Of a DNA stretch of 64,000 nucleotides, positions 10,201-19,810 are shown one piece after another (the first letter of the stretch is position 1; every line of letters starts with the position of its first letter). Both the position numbers and the translations under genes were made by a program. The DNA is from a virus: positions 32,001 through 96,000 of the IMG/VR virus record IMGVR_UViG_3300024261_002043; one strand, written 5' to 3'. The notes beneath the pieces were generated by a model. The model did not search any database. It had not been told where the DNA came from and saw nothing but the letters and a program-made list of their open reading frames with translations.

Positions 10201-13200
10201 GATGGATTTCTGGAGGCAATCGCATCGGCCAAAGTTGAACCACCTCCGCCGACATTAGAAGGCTTAATTTCAGGCCAAGAGCTTAGTCCGTTGGAGTTGC
10301 TATCTGTTTCCATTGACCATGAACCTTGAGCTGTATCAGGATAGTCAGAAAATACAGAAGTTTTTTCTGCGCCTATAGGATTAAACCCGGCGTTGTCAAC
10401 TGCAGGCTGTGGATTGGAAGGAATCGTGACATACCCATAATCCCTAATAGACGCGACTTTTATAGCTTGAGGAAATAATGACTGAGCTATAGGTTGATCA
10501 GGTGAGCTAAATAGCTCGTTATAGAACTGAGTCGACCACACTGAACCGGATTGGTGTGCTAAGTATGAATCACGGTGATCCCATATTGTATCTATGAAAG
10601 AGTCAGCGGCATTTGCATAACCGTAATGTGCCATCTGACCGAAGGTTATCATCTCACGAGTTGATGCACAACTAGATGATGTTACCATTCTGACCTTTTT
10701 ATTAGCTTGAATACCTAAAAACTTTTTCCACGTATCGCTGATTAGAGTCGAAGAAAGATATGTTTCATATGGTAATGAACCAAATTTCTCCCTGTTTATC
10801 TTACCGGGTGGTACATCAGCGGAGAGGTTGCCTTTCTGAAACAAGAAAGCTTGGTCAGCGCTAGTTTGGTATGGAGGAAGCGGATACATAGGGGTGCTTG
10901 CGACACCGGATATCGTAAACGAAAACTCATCAACTCTATCGTCTGGCTTCTGTGATTGACGAAGCAGAAAGAAAGAATCTGCCCTCCAAAAAGGAACGCC
11001 GCCGGCGTCTTTAAGCCAGTGACGACGGCCATTGGTGGCAGCATAATCACCGTTGTAGTTTTCATCGTTAAAGTTAACACCGACTATAGGACCAGCAATA
11101 TCAGGTGTACTGTCAGATGAATAAGCTCCAGTTACAATTCCGTTTATACCTCCGGCTAGAACTGGAATAAACGATAAAGCGTGTATTCTATTTGTGAACG
11201 TACTCTGCAGTTGCTGTTGAGTATATTGTCTTCGATTCTGGACACCGACCGACCTTGGTCCGTAAGACGTTGGCATCATCATTGTCGCGGATTGAGATAC
11301 TACATACCCAGGATAGTTAGGGAAAGAAGAGGTATGTAACTTATAGAAGTTAATTAAAGGTGTCGCGGGGCCTGGGCCGTCGGAAGTGCACATTCCGTTT
11401 CGTGATATTAAATAGTTAAGAGCTTTTGACTTATCTGTTGAAAAATTTGCGTAGGTTGGAGTGCCAGAACCCTTTACAGATGTGTATTCCTCATCTTGCC
11501 CTAGTGAATATATAGGCGAGCCGTTAATGAGCTCACCTTGCCTCATGAACACGCCCCAACCCGCTGCGGAGTCAAAGCCAGTCAAATTTTGATCGCCACT
11601 CCATGATGAAGCACTAAGACAAGGGTACATGGTGGGTGAATTTATATCGGCAGCGTCTAAAAAGGGTAAGCGATAGCCTAGAGAGTGTGGGCCTGACTCT
11701 TCTATGGCTGCACCAAATTCAAAAGATACTCTTTCAAGCAAAAAAGGTGAGTCGATATATTTGCTCATGTCTATCAACTGTTCGTCTTTCGCTTCGTATT
11801 TTTTATGTATAGGAAATCCGTATACTGAAGTTGGTAGACCTCTACTCTTAAAATCTGTTAGAGCATTAATACCCTGATTTTCAAATATCGTAAATCCAGA
11901 TGTACCTGTAAAACCTACCGACGCAGAGCTAAAGAAATGTTCATGCTGTGATATAACGGAGGAGATTATAACGTCATTTTTCTCGCTTCCGACGGAGGTT
12001 GTAGCATGACTAGATGAATATACAGTATTAGCACCTGGGATTTCAAAATTGTTGTTGTTACCAGATGTTTGCCAGCTCTTCGTAGAAAAGTTGTAGTAAG
12101 CCATAGAAGAAACTCTGCCGGCGAACGGTTCCCCATCATTTCCAAGTTCTACGCCAATCGTTGTGTCATTCTCTGGATTCAAATCGATAACAATAGCAAT
12201 GTGATCGCCTATAGTTTGATCAAAGTTTTCGTCCACGCCGGCAGCAACAGCTAGCTGGTCTTTTCTTGATATATGAGGGTTTGAATCATCAAATGGAGCT
12301 ATTGTGCCGCCAAGGATGGAAGAGTCTTTAGAAAGTGTTACTGGTGAATTTCTAGTTGATGCATCTAGCAGAGTTGTCTCTACGCTATATTGTCCTGGGT
12401 ATATTATCGCAGAACCCGTTAACCTATGATCTAGATCAGTGTTATGTATATCTCTATAAAAAGACCGAGTGTCACCTTCTTCTCCACGAGCTGTAAGTGA
12501 TGATAAGCCCGGCTTTAATATCTTCGACTCTTGACTACCTGAATATAGCTCTACAGGCAGCATTTCCGGGTACACAACATTCTGGACTATTTCAAAGTCT
12601 AGGGCGTTAGTATCATTGAAAGCAGGTGTTGCCTTAGGGACTACTGTCGGATTCGAAGATTCTGGGTATGATGATTTTGCATCAAGAAGTTGTAGCATCT
12701 TTCTAGGCGCGCGGTTATTAAGCCCCGACTTATACGTATTTTTAACGTTACTTGATCTGGCAACCAAGTCCATCTCAGTTGTTGTTAGCTCTTTATTAAA
12801 AACTGCTATCTCGCCAATGTCCGCGCCGACGACAAAATCAGTCAATGTAAACGCAGGATTAACACCCCCAGTGACCTCTCCGTAACCGACATATAGATTA
12901 GGTCTTTCCAAGTCAAGAGTAGAAGCATTAGCTGCCGTATTAATCGTAGCGCTAGAATACAATTCACCTGTCGATAGATCATACACTCTAGATGACCCAA
13001 CCACTGGTCGTCCTGCAGCATTTCTATAGGCTGTTGCAATTATAGCGACCCAAGTGCTTTTAGGAACATTACCTGATCCCAAAACATGAGTGTTAACAGC
13101 GTCGCTACCGCCATTACCGTGATGTCGTACTTCGAGAGTATTTAGGTCAGCAAAAGATATCGAAAATGTTACCGCTGAAGTTACTGGATCCCCTAGCGCT

Positions 13201-13736
13201 ATAATAGATTTTGCATTTTCTGGATGAAGATTAGCTTTCAACATATACGTAAGTGTATGGTTGTGAGGGTCTAGTTCCGACTTTCCGGATAGTTTGTCAC
13301 CTGCAACTGATTTTCTAACCAAAAATGATCGGTCTAATGCGACACCACTATTCGAGCCTCCGACTGGCAGAGATAAAGATTTTTGAGTATACGGTACTCT
13401 TATCTTACTGCTATCCTCAATGGTCACATCTGTATAAGCAGTGCCACCATACATATCAGAGCCTGATAAATACGCAGTAGGAGTGGCAACAAACGCTCCA
13501 CCGGCGCCTGATATACCTTTAACTACCGTAAAGTTTTGTTCTTCAGAAGCAATGTCAAGAATTATTGAAGGACGATCTACACCACCTATTGGACCGAAGT
13601 CGTACTCTATTTTGTTCATTCTGGCGTATACTAGTGTTGGTAACTCTAGTTGCGCATTTTGACCGCCACCATCAACACCTGTAAAAATCGTGCTAGATAG
13701 ATTAGATATTATCCTAGATTTTCTATTATCTTTCAT
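7233..13736 (-). CDS. Giant (2167 aa) virion/baseplate-associated protein with N-terminal LamG/concanavalin-like domain
   Basis: IGEIAVFNKELTTTEM LamG terminal motif; position in baseplate operon. Confidence 0.65.
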   Translation of the reverse strand: MKDNRKSRIISNLSSTIFTGVDGGGQNAQLELPTLVYARMNKIEYDFGPIGGVDRPSIILDIASEEQNFTVVKGISGAGGAFVATPTAYLSGSDMYGGTAYTDVTIEDSSKIRVPYTQKSLSLPVGGSNSGVALDRSFLVRKSVAGDKLSGKSELDPHNHTLTYMLKANLHPENAKSIIALGDPVTSAVTFSISFADLNTLEVRHHGNGGSDAVNTHVLGSGNVPKSTWVAIIATAYRNAAGRPVVGSSRVYDLSTGELYSSATINTAANASTLDLERPNLYVGYGEVTGGVNPAFTLTDFVVGADIGEIAVFNKELTTTEMDLVARSSNVKNTYKSGLNNRAPRKMLQLLDAKSSYPESSNPTVVPKATPAFNDTNALDFEIVQNVVYPEMLPVELYSGSQESKILKPGLSSLTARGEEGDTRSFYRDIHNTDLDHRLTGSAIIYPGQYSVETTLLDASTRNSPVTLSKDSSILGGTIAPFDDSNPHISRKDQLAVAAGVDENFDQTIGDHIAIVIDLNPENDTTIGVELGNDGEPFAGRVSSMAYYNFSTKSWQTSGNNNNFEIPGANTVYSSSHATTSVGSEKNDVIISSVISQHEHFFSSASVGFTGTSGFTIFENQGINALTDFKSRGLPTSVYGFPIHKKYEAKDEQLIDMSKYIDSPFLLERVSFEFGAAIEESGPHSLGYRLPFLDAADINSPTMYPCLSASSWSGDQNLTGFDSAAGWGVFMRQGELINGSPIYSLGQDEEYTSVKGSGTPTYANFSTDKSKALNYLISRNGMCTSDGPGPATPLINFYKLHTSSFPNYPGYVVSQSATMMMPTSYGPRSVGVQNRRQYTQQQLQSTFTNRIHALSFIPVLAGGINGIVTGAYSSDSTPDIAGPIVGVNFNDENYNGDYAATNGRRHWLKDAGGVPFWRADSFFLLRQSQKPDDRVDEFSFTISGVASTPMYPLPPYQTSADQAFLFQKGNLSADVPPGKINREKFGSLPYETYLSSTLISDTWKKFLGIQANKKVRMVTSSSCASTREMITFGQMAHYGYANAADSFIDTIWDHRDSYLAHQSGSVWSTQFYNELFSSPDQPIAQSLFPQAIKVASIRDYGYVTIPSNPQPAVDNAGFNPIGAEKTSVFSDYPDTAQGSWSMETDSNSNGLSSWPEIKPSNVGGGGSTLADAIASRNPSGAPYPRYLLSGTQVTANTTYTLDTFIGYPRVADGDVGGNLVDEYSAVKTSSPEYKLLGGTPMGSGMSVITTPSYIAGDSISEAPSASWDVAYNSSTKIESKGIFFERMRFGSFHYAPQDYLAYGLNPSVTAPAIQSDVPREYYQDRPTKSWMDSGLSRDLNIFMSASQTHAGTNLDYADNFCGFTLMTASTAWRPLEQPGRESAALPLVANVYKRQYLNYKKDFKIDVPVRSTVPRSLDTPGYWVTTTPNFITAPPISIPPRSLFYQSAPAGSGADVESMYEKFVKDGKRYHVRNSIVISEGGWVPGTKGNDFPSARRFIRSAVAGEPENTNTQSSLALGGTQYFMSSDEVWNSTATSTISTENFAKVISTGTKEGKFSKEPTVDSLYMLQPSDKLVLGVQPSLPGWNPGSGLPNNRSPYKWGIWDYQKSIAAGYAYETDRDPASGLPVEDNRQNLEDPYQPCHSLKMLAGPSRIVLYGTYVKDGKPYATTSGQKLDSNAIHEAIHYDNPVLDQFLVGSDDDYMGSNLEYHITGSIFADDSRSDYMLKTRGVAASQASGNLLFSGSLQRFVRAIEEKEVYFDTLQQDPFDIAKALGGSTRDQVLLGADAISKYTIVNLNVTKQPHVTSSAEYIDELFPGYTYAFAHGWQDSFPFEQKFSNVRRKTDLSLRFAGDTTAVYRLTAPFQSNDRTTAAYNLFSSVAAGNVNISPYLGYNNTEAAASITGPSNRLPGSKDVYDYTFYDTYDPGQTGSPKYVYEGGIDMTTIGDMANVRQSNYQESSFPSTWALAAGDNSSTDGDAYGKSQNNSKYQRQFFAGLTGWGRENRKQLDFSWWRYFNRTLYIGTGSDGIPWQTDSVRGAANFRHPTGFKYGYMNCDHLSPSAIFRSDRYGQFRDMLEQRMYSKTYYKGDEDRSPGESEAVVSVIFLDGEGNPISDASATSCFNISTALTASKPYIEGDTSRSIIFSSDLITLDPFTVFSVPGFSGAS

Positions 13737-14701
13737 TCGTACTCACCAAGCATGTATACATCGCCAAATGTAATTGAACCTGCTGGACTTCCAAAGTAAA
13801 ATCCTCTTGAAGCTCTTTTATCCAACGGGTTCGTTATATCTTCACAAGACGATGAATTAAGAAGCTTTAAGGCGTGCATAATATCACCTTCGTTATGTGC
13901 GTATAATTTAGAATACACTACATTATGGTATTGTTTTTCCCTGAACGATTGTCCTGCAGCAGCTCTAATATCCTGATAGCCTTGAACATCATACGGACTT
14001 TCTTCTTGTGCGTAGCCACCACCACCAATAAAAGCTGACATATCTGAAGACCCTGTGGTCACTGTGGCTGGCGCATCTAGAAATGGAAAATAGCTTTTAT
14101 CGCTTAGCGACCACGTGTCTTTTATTTCTAGACTACCCCACGGTCTTGAAGCTGCGGAGCCGACTAATCCACCCCTAACATTATGTCCTTCATATCTATA
14201 GTCATTTAAGCCTAGTATATTACCTCTTATGTCCAGAGGCTCTATTACACCATTAAACTCATGATCAGGTAACTCACCTAAATTCCACAAATTTACAGGA
14301 TACATAGCTTCATCTGGTGCTTGTATAAAAGAGATAGGATTAAACGAGGTAAGATCAGCGAATGGCTCTCCTTGAAGAGTTACGGGAGGCTGGCCGTATT
14401 GTGACGTCTCTAGATCAAATACTAGACGCTCCTCAAACTTAGACTCATCATCGTTTAAATCACGAGAATCATTGTTGAGAGATATCGTGTCATCAAATTG
14501 TATCGAAGACATTCTAGCGTTATTCTTGAATATAGCTAGCCTTCTGCTATTTGAACCTAGCCGCGGGGAGATGTTACCGTCAACAAACACTTTATCTGTT
14601 TTTACATTAATACCCTGGTAAAAGGGAGATACGGACCCTGTGAGGGTTGCTCTTGTACCTTTTGTTAGGCTTCCGCTTAATACTCTGTCACTATCCGCCA
14701 T
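13733..14701 (-). CDS. Hypothetical virion protein
   Basis: 322 aa ORF with ATGA overlap onto the 2167-aa gene, within the baseplate operon. Confidence 0.65.
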   Translation of the reverse strand: MADSDRVLSGSLTKGTRATLTGSVSPFYQGINVKTDKVFVDGNISPRLGSNSRRLAIFKNNARMSSIQFDDTISLNNDSRDLNDDESKFEERLVFDLETSQYGQPPVTLQGEPFADLTSFNPISFIQAPDEAMYPVNLWNLGELPDHEFNGVIEPLDIRGNILGLNDYRYEGHNVRGGLVGSAASRPWGSLEIKDTWSLSDKSYFPFLDAPATVTTGSSDMSAFIGGGGYAQEESPYDVQGYQDIRAAAGQSFREKQYHNVVYSKLYAHNEGDIMHALKLLNSSSCEDITNPLDKRASRGFYFGSPAGSITFGDVYMLGEYE

Positions 14702-14705
14702 CTTG

Positions 14706-17700
14706 CTACCGCCTCTTCATATTAGCTATCAGCTGTCTTAGGTAAAGCGCGCCTTTAAGATTGCGTCTATCGTTTACCCCCAAATATATGTCACCAGATC
14801 CGTAGGCTACCCTAGGGCGCTCTAAAATATGCGGTTCGACAATCATATTAAATCCTAGATAGTTAGTCTTTTTAGGTATTAGATTTTCTATTATTATATC
14901 GAAAGACTCATCTAACCATCTGAAGAATTCAAAAAATGCGGTGTAGTTCACACTACCAGTTAGACGATTAAAATATATTTCTCTTAACCTTGTTAGTCCC
15001 TGGTATTCTGTCGCGAACATATTTTCTGGCCCACCTATAATATTCTCCAAAGACTCTAGCGTAGCGAATATTTTTATAATATCCTCATTCAGCGCTTGAG
15101 CAACAGAGAACTCTATAGAAAATCTTACATCATCCATCGGCTCAAGATCAGGAGGCAATTCGTATATTGGAGCGAATGAAGAGTCAAAGTCTACTACGTT
15201 TTGAGCAAGATCCATACCAGCAAGTCTAACTTTATTATCGTCAGATATTTCGTCAAACACCGGAGATATTATAGAGAAGTCAAATCTTTCAGGCTTTATT
15301 ATTTGCACGCTTTGCTCAAATCCTCTTAGATATCCAACATTGCTACTGCTACCAGTGTTTAATAAAGATTGCTGTGAAAAATCGACTAACTCCAGGTATC
15401 CAGATGAATTAGACGCAGTCAAAGGTTGATCCGTTGATAAATCAAGACGTAATCTTTCAAACGAACCGGTTACCTCGCTGTTAAAACCAAAATTTACCAG
15501 TGGCTCGTCGACGCCTAAAGACAGAAAGCTTCTAGCATGCTCTTTCACCTCTTTATCAGATAAAGCTTTAGACCAAAAACGAAAATGTCCTGACTTGCCG
15601 GCAAATGCTGTTGTCCGTGCAATATCAGGCACAGTAGAATGGTTTAAGAAATAATTCTTTGTAGTATCTATGCTTTGGTGGCCTACTACTAAAAACGATC
15701 CAGAGTTGTTGATCGCTGCTGAAGTTGTTGGATTACTTTTTAATTGTAGCGCGTTTGGTATGGCACCTAAAGCTGTTTGTGGCGCTTCTAAAAACAACGA
15801 AGATGTGGTATACATCTCGACTATTTCACCAGACTCCTGGCGAGACAGATTTATGAAGTAGCTAGATGATACTTCACTTTCAATAGCGTCATTTCTTTTT
15901 CTGCCGATTGATGTGTACCATTTGTTCCCGTCGAAGATATTCGCGCCGGTCAACTTGAGGCTGAGTGTTTCATCTGTGGAGCTGAATCCGGGTCTGCAAT
16001 ATAGCGTTAGATCTGGATTGTCTGTATCTTCGTCTATATTGGGGTTAGCTACTAAATTTAAAATAACACCATGAGTTGGTGACGACCCTGTTACATGTAT
16101 TCGAAACAAGCTTTGTGGTGACCGAAATGATTTTGCTACAGGAAACTTAAACCGGCCCTCGACTGTCCAACTTCCAGATGTTAACAGCCCGTCGTTTTCA
16201 TTATCAGAAATGCCGTGTGGGGGAAATGATCCAATAGATTCAAATAACCCAGCAGGAGCTGGGGCGCCAAGCTCAAGACGAGATGATGATAAGTACGGGC
16301 TAACCAAATTTGGCTTGCTAGAGTTGAAGCCCTGGCTATCGATAGTTGATGATGGGTCGTATGTTATACTTCCTGAGAAATCTGTTAACGTTGAGACCTC
16401 TGTTATGTTTCTTCTTGACTTTCCTAAGCGCAGCTCTCTTGATCCTCCGTACTCGACAAACCGAAACATTCTGTTTGGATCAATACCAGCAGATCTAAAT
16501 AACGACTTTATAGCATGAACAGTACCTTTTGACGTTATAACTTCATTCATGTTTGTCAGTATTCTACGCCACATTTCATTTTGTAGTAACTTTAGCGAAT
16601 CCGTCTCTCCCCCTGCGCCGGCAACACCCTCACCAGAAAAGAATTGATCGTAATTTGCGTTCTTAAACAGGTTTGGAAGATCGAAACCGTAATACTCAGC
16701 TAAAAATGGCAGCATTTGATCAGCTACGCTTACAGATGAATCATAATCGATATGTACCATTTCAGAAACATGGTCAATCATCATCTTTAGTTCGTCAAAA
16801 CTTCTTGCCCACGTAAAAAGTAGCGCAGATATTATCTGTGGTTGACCTATTTTTGTGGAACCCGGTAATGCGTATTTGTCTGCCGTACTTTTTATACCTT
16901 CGTAGGTTCCTCCTTCTCGTGAGTCACCAGTCGACGTCATAGACGCGCGAGCGATGTCTAAATAATGTTCAGGGATTAAGCTGGTTATGATATTAGGATT
17001 ATTCTCATCGTAAGTAGAGCCGCTAGTCAGTAAGTCTTCATTTAATGCGACAATATCTGCATGACCCGGAAATAACGTGGGATGATAATCTTTTTCCTCG
17101 TACTTGTATAAGCTGTCTACAGGCTTTGCTACTCTTACTTTGGCAGAATAGTTTGATATCCTAGAATGCAAACTTTGACCTGAATGATCCAGCACAACAT
17201 CTGAATTTGCGTATGAACCAGTGGCTTCGTTAAATCTAAGACTCAGCTTGGGATCTTCCTCAGCATATAGCGTTCTAACAGAATATCGATCTATTTCCTG
17301 AGCACTTCTTGTTTTGTGAAATACCCTAAAGTTGTTTATAGATCCTGATAACGTTTGAGTCGGTGTAAAAGTAGTCGTCGACGACCCGGTGCCAATCAGA
17401 AATGGGCTACCACCAGTGTTTATAGATCCAAAAGATGATCTAGACGATACACCCAAAGTTTTAGAACCACTCATTATGAAGCTTTTGTTTGAAGAAGGAG
17501 AGTTATCATATGAAAGACATATGTGCGAAAACTTTCCTTTCTCTAAAGACGCGCTGTTTTGTAATACTAGTGACCCGCTTAAAACGTCAAATTTGACGTC
17601 GACGTTGTCAGCTACAGCTGACGACGCCTCCAAGTATGCGGCGTAGCCCACTCCTTCGCTAGATATATGATGGAATATGTATTGAGGTTCTGACTTTTCA

Positions 17701-18230
17701 TTTGGCACGGAAATGTCTAACTCTATAAAAAATGAATTGTTGTTCGGACTTAGTATCGTTGCTCCATCACTTCTTTTTGATATTGAAGGAAACGTAACTC
17801 CTGCCCTATCATTAACATGTATGTATTGATCGTCATCAAAGGTCAGATATCCGGTATACGAAGGATAACGGTTTAAGATATAGTTCTCAAAACCCGTTAG
17901 GTTATCTAACCAGTTATCGTACTCTTTCCTAGTGCCGTCAAAGGGGAACTGATTTATTATTTTTTCAAATGCAAGATTGACGTTAGTCATAGCAGAGGAA
18001 AAGAATGTGTGATTTTCAAAATTTGAATAATCAACAGGCAGCTGCTGCGTGCTACGAAGAGGAGAACCAGGGGGATCTAGTCTAAATGATCCTGTCAAAC
18101 TATCTGGAGCTGATCCACTCATGGAATTTTGATTTTGCTCTTTTAAAACTCCTGTAGATGTTGTAAAGCGCCGGACAACCCTGGGTGTAAATAACCTTTG
18201 GTTCTGGAATATTCTTTTCTTCCTTGACAT
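14706..18230 (-). CDS. Baseplate wedge protein (gp7/P2 gpI-like core) with two LamG-like domains
   Basis: LPFLAEYYGFDL...SKGTVHAIKSLF motif; SGSINNFRVFHKTRS and GHFRFWSKALSDKEV LamG ends. Confidence 0.7.
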   Translation of the reverse strand: MSRKKRIFQNQRLFTPRVVRRFTTSTGVLKEQNQNSMSGSAPDSLTGSFRLDPPGSPLRSTQQLPVDYSNFENHTFFSSAMTNVNLAFEKIINQFPFDGTRKEYDNWLDNLTGFENYILNRYPSYTGYLTFDDDQYIHVNDRAGVTFPSISKRSDGATILSPNNNSFFIELDISVPNEKSEPQYIFHHISSEGVGYAAYLEASSAVADNVDVKFDVLSGSLVLQNSASLEKGKFSHICLSYDNSPSSNKSFIMSGSKTLGVSSRSSFGSINTGGSPFLIGTGSSTTTFTPTQTLSGSINNFRVFHKTRSAQEIDRYSVRTLYAEEDPKLSLRFNEATGSYANSDVVLDHSGQSLHSRISNYSAKVRVAKPVDSLYKYEEKDYHPTLFPGHADIVALNEDLLTSGSTYDENNPNIITSLIPEHYLDIARASMTSTGDSREGGTYEGIKSTADKYALPGSTKIGQPQIISALLFTWARSFDELKMMIDHVSEMVHIDYDSSVSVADQMLPFLAEYYGFDLPNLFKNANYDQFFSGEGVAGAGGETDSLKLLQNEMWRRILTNMNEVITSKGTVHAIKSLFRSAGIDPNRMFRFVEYGGSRELRLGKSRRNITEVSTLTDFSGSITYDPSSTIDSQGFNSSKPNLVSPYLSSSRLELGAPAPAGLFESIGSFPPHGISDNENDGLLTSGSWTVEGRFKFPVAKSFRSPQSLFRIHVTGSSPTHGVILNLVANPNIDEDTDNPDLTLYCRPGFSSTDETLSLKLTGANIFDGNKWYTSIGRKRNDAIESEVSSSYFINLSRQESGEIVEMYTTSSLFLEAPQTALGAIPNALQLKSNPTTSAAINNSGSFLVVGHQSIDTTKNYFLNHSTVPDIARTTAFAGKSGHFRFWSKALSDKEVKEHARSFLSLGVDEPLVNFGFNSEVTGSFERLRLDLSTDQPLTASNSSGYLELVDFSQQSLLNTGSSSNVGYLRGFEQSVQIIKPERFDFSIISPVFDEISDDNKVRLAGMDLAQNVVDFDSSFAPIYELPPDLEPMDDVRFSIEFSVAQALNEDIIKIFATLESLENIIGGPENMFATEYQGLTRLREIYFNRLTGSVNYTAFFEFFRWLDESFDIIIENLIPKKTNYLGFNMIVEPHILERPRVAYGSGDIYLGVNDRRNLKGALYLRQLIANMKRR

Positions 18231-18231
18231 T

Positions 18232-19803
18232 CTAGACCACCCTAAACGCTATATTTTCTAATTTGACTAATCTTTCTACACTCATGTCATTTACCAAAAG
18301 CTCTATAGAGTAGATTCTTCCCTTTGGTAAACCTGACGGCTTGAAGCTTATAAACATTCCAGATGCATCGGTTGAAACTTTTGTTGAGTTACGTTTTTTA
18401 TCGAACGGAATAATAACTTTTCCTGTTTCTACATCAACGATCCTATAGTAACATGAATCTACAACTATGCTTTTTCTAGTTCTTGGAAGCTTATACGAGT
18501 TTTCGGTTGCCTCTGCGTCTAAGTCTTCTACGAACAATCTGACAGATACCGTCGAACTGTCTTTGTATTCTGATTGCGCACCAACAGGAGTTATATACAG
18601 TCTTCTGTTAGAAAATCCGGATATAGATCTATTCGACTTTTTAACAGTTATCGAACCAGAATAAAAACTCGTAGATAAATCGTTAGTTGACCAGATCTCT
18701 TTAAGCTCTACCTCACCTCTAGTTTTAGGTGTTTGACCAAAGAATGTTGTGTTAAATCTGCTTAGGTTAAATGTCCCAGAATACACTCCTGTCATTCCTT
18801 GACCGGTTGATGAACCGGTATGCTGCGATGCCAAAACAGTAAATGTTGTTTCGCTCTTTGTTCCTGAGCCTGAAACAAACCTAAGAGTTACACAATTTTG
18901 CCCCGTTAATTGAGTCAATGAAGCATCACTAATTAGGTTTGCAGGGTTTCCTGATTCAAAGTTTTTAAGGAATAAAGATGATGATAGATTAAACTGCAAA
19001 TCTAGATGTCTATCCCTTATTGAGTCATCCCAGGTAAGTACTAATCGCGGTCGTAATAGACTATTTTTAGATTGTCTTGACAAAAACCTTTTTACGAACC
19101 TTGTCTTTGTATCACTTTCATCAGATCCGCTAAACGCTATTCTAAAGCCTTTGTTAGGTATATGACCTACTAAGGAAGCAGATACAGCTGTCGTTACGTC
19201 AAGAAATAGATCACCGGGTCCTTCGTCAAAATACTTGGATGAACCAAAATCAACGACTGTACCATCTGCTAGCGTTCCCGTTGTTACATAGTCACCAGCT
19301 ACGGGGGTTTCATCTATTCCTGACAATGGACAAGCCTGTCCTGCTCCAGACATGATCCAAGAAACATTCGAACCATCTAAATAAGACGCGGTTAGAAAAT
19401 TTGCTGTATCGACATCTGAGAACTGTGATGTACTTCTGCCGGCGCCTTCGTCGAACGCCACCGCTAAGGGGTTACATAGAATGCTAAAGTTTCTTGGGAC
19501 CGGTGTACCGGAAGGAACCTCAAATAACTGTAGTTCTGCCTTAAAAGAACTGCTATGTATGTTTAGCGATGATGACAACAGAGGCGGTATTTCAGAGTAG
19601 TCAAACTTTACTAAAATTCTGCTTAACTCTTCAACTGAAGATGTTACTCTAGTCGAGCCTGACATGAAACTGGACTCATCGTACAGCTTAAATAAGTCTA
19701 AAGTACCGGCGCGGCCGACGTTTGCATCTGCTGCCCTAAACTTGTTTGAGATAATTTTGTTTGTAATGTATGTATCTGCGCTTGCTGTTATTATATAAAA
19801 CAT
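18232..19803 (-). CDS. Baseplate-associated protein (DNRLRE-like N-terminal beta domain)
   Basis: ASADTYI...SRILVKFD...AELQLF...RPRLVLTWDD pattern; lies between gp6-like and gp7-like genes. Confidence 0.55.
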   Translation of the reverse strand: MFYIITASADTYITNKIISNKFRAADANVGRAGTLDLFKLYDESSFMSGSTRVTSSVEELSRILVKFDYSEIPPLLSSSLNIHSSSFKAELQLFEVPSGTPVPRNFSILCNPLAVAFDEGAGRSTSQFSDVDTANFLTASYLDGSNVSWIMSGAGQACPLSGIDETPVAGDYVTTGTLADGTVVDFGSSKYFDEGPGDLFLDVTTAVSASLVGHIPNKGFRIAFSGSDESDTKTRFVKRFLSRQSKNSLLRPRLVLTWDDSIRDRHLDLQFNLSSSLFLKNFESGNPANLISDASLTQLTGQNCVTLRFVSGSGTKSETTFTVLASQHTGSSTGQGMTGVYSGTFNLSRFNTTFFGQTPKTRGEVELKEIWSTNDLSTSFYSGSITVKKSNRSISGFSNRRLYITPVGAQSEYKDSSTVSVRLFVEDLDAEATENSYKLPRTRKSIVVDSCYYRIVDVETGKVIIPFDKKRNSTKVSTDASGMFISFKPSGLPKGRIYSIELLVNDMSVERLVKLENIAFRVV

Positions 19804-19810
19804 TTTCTTC

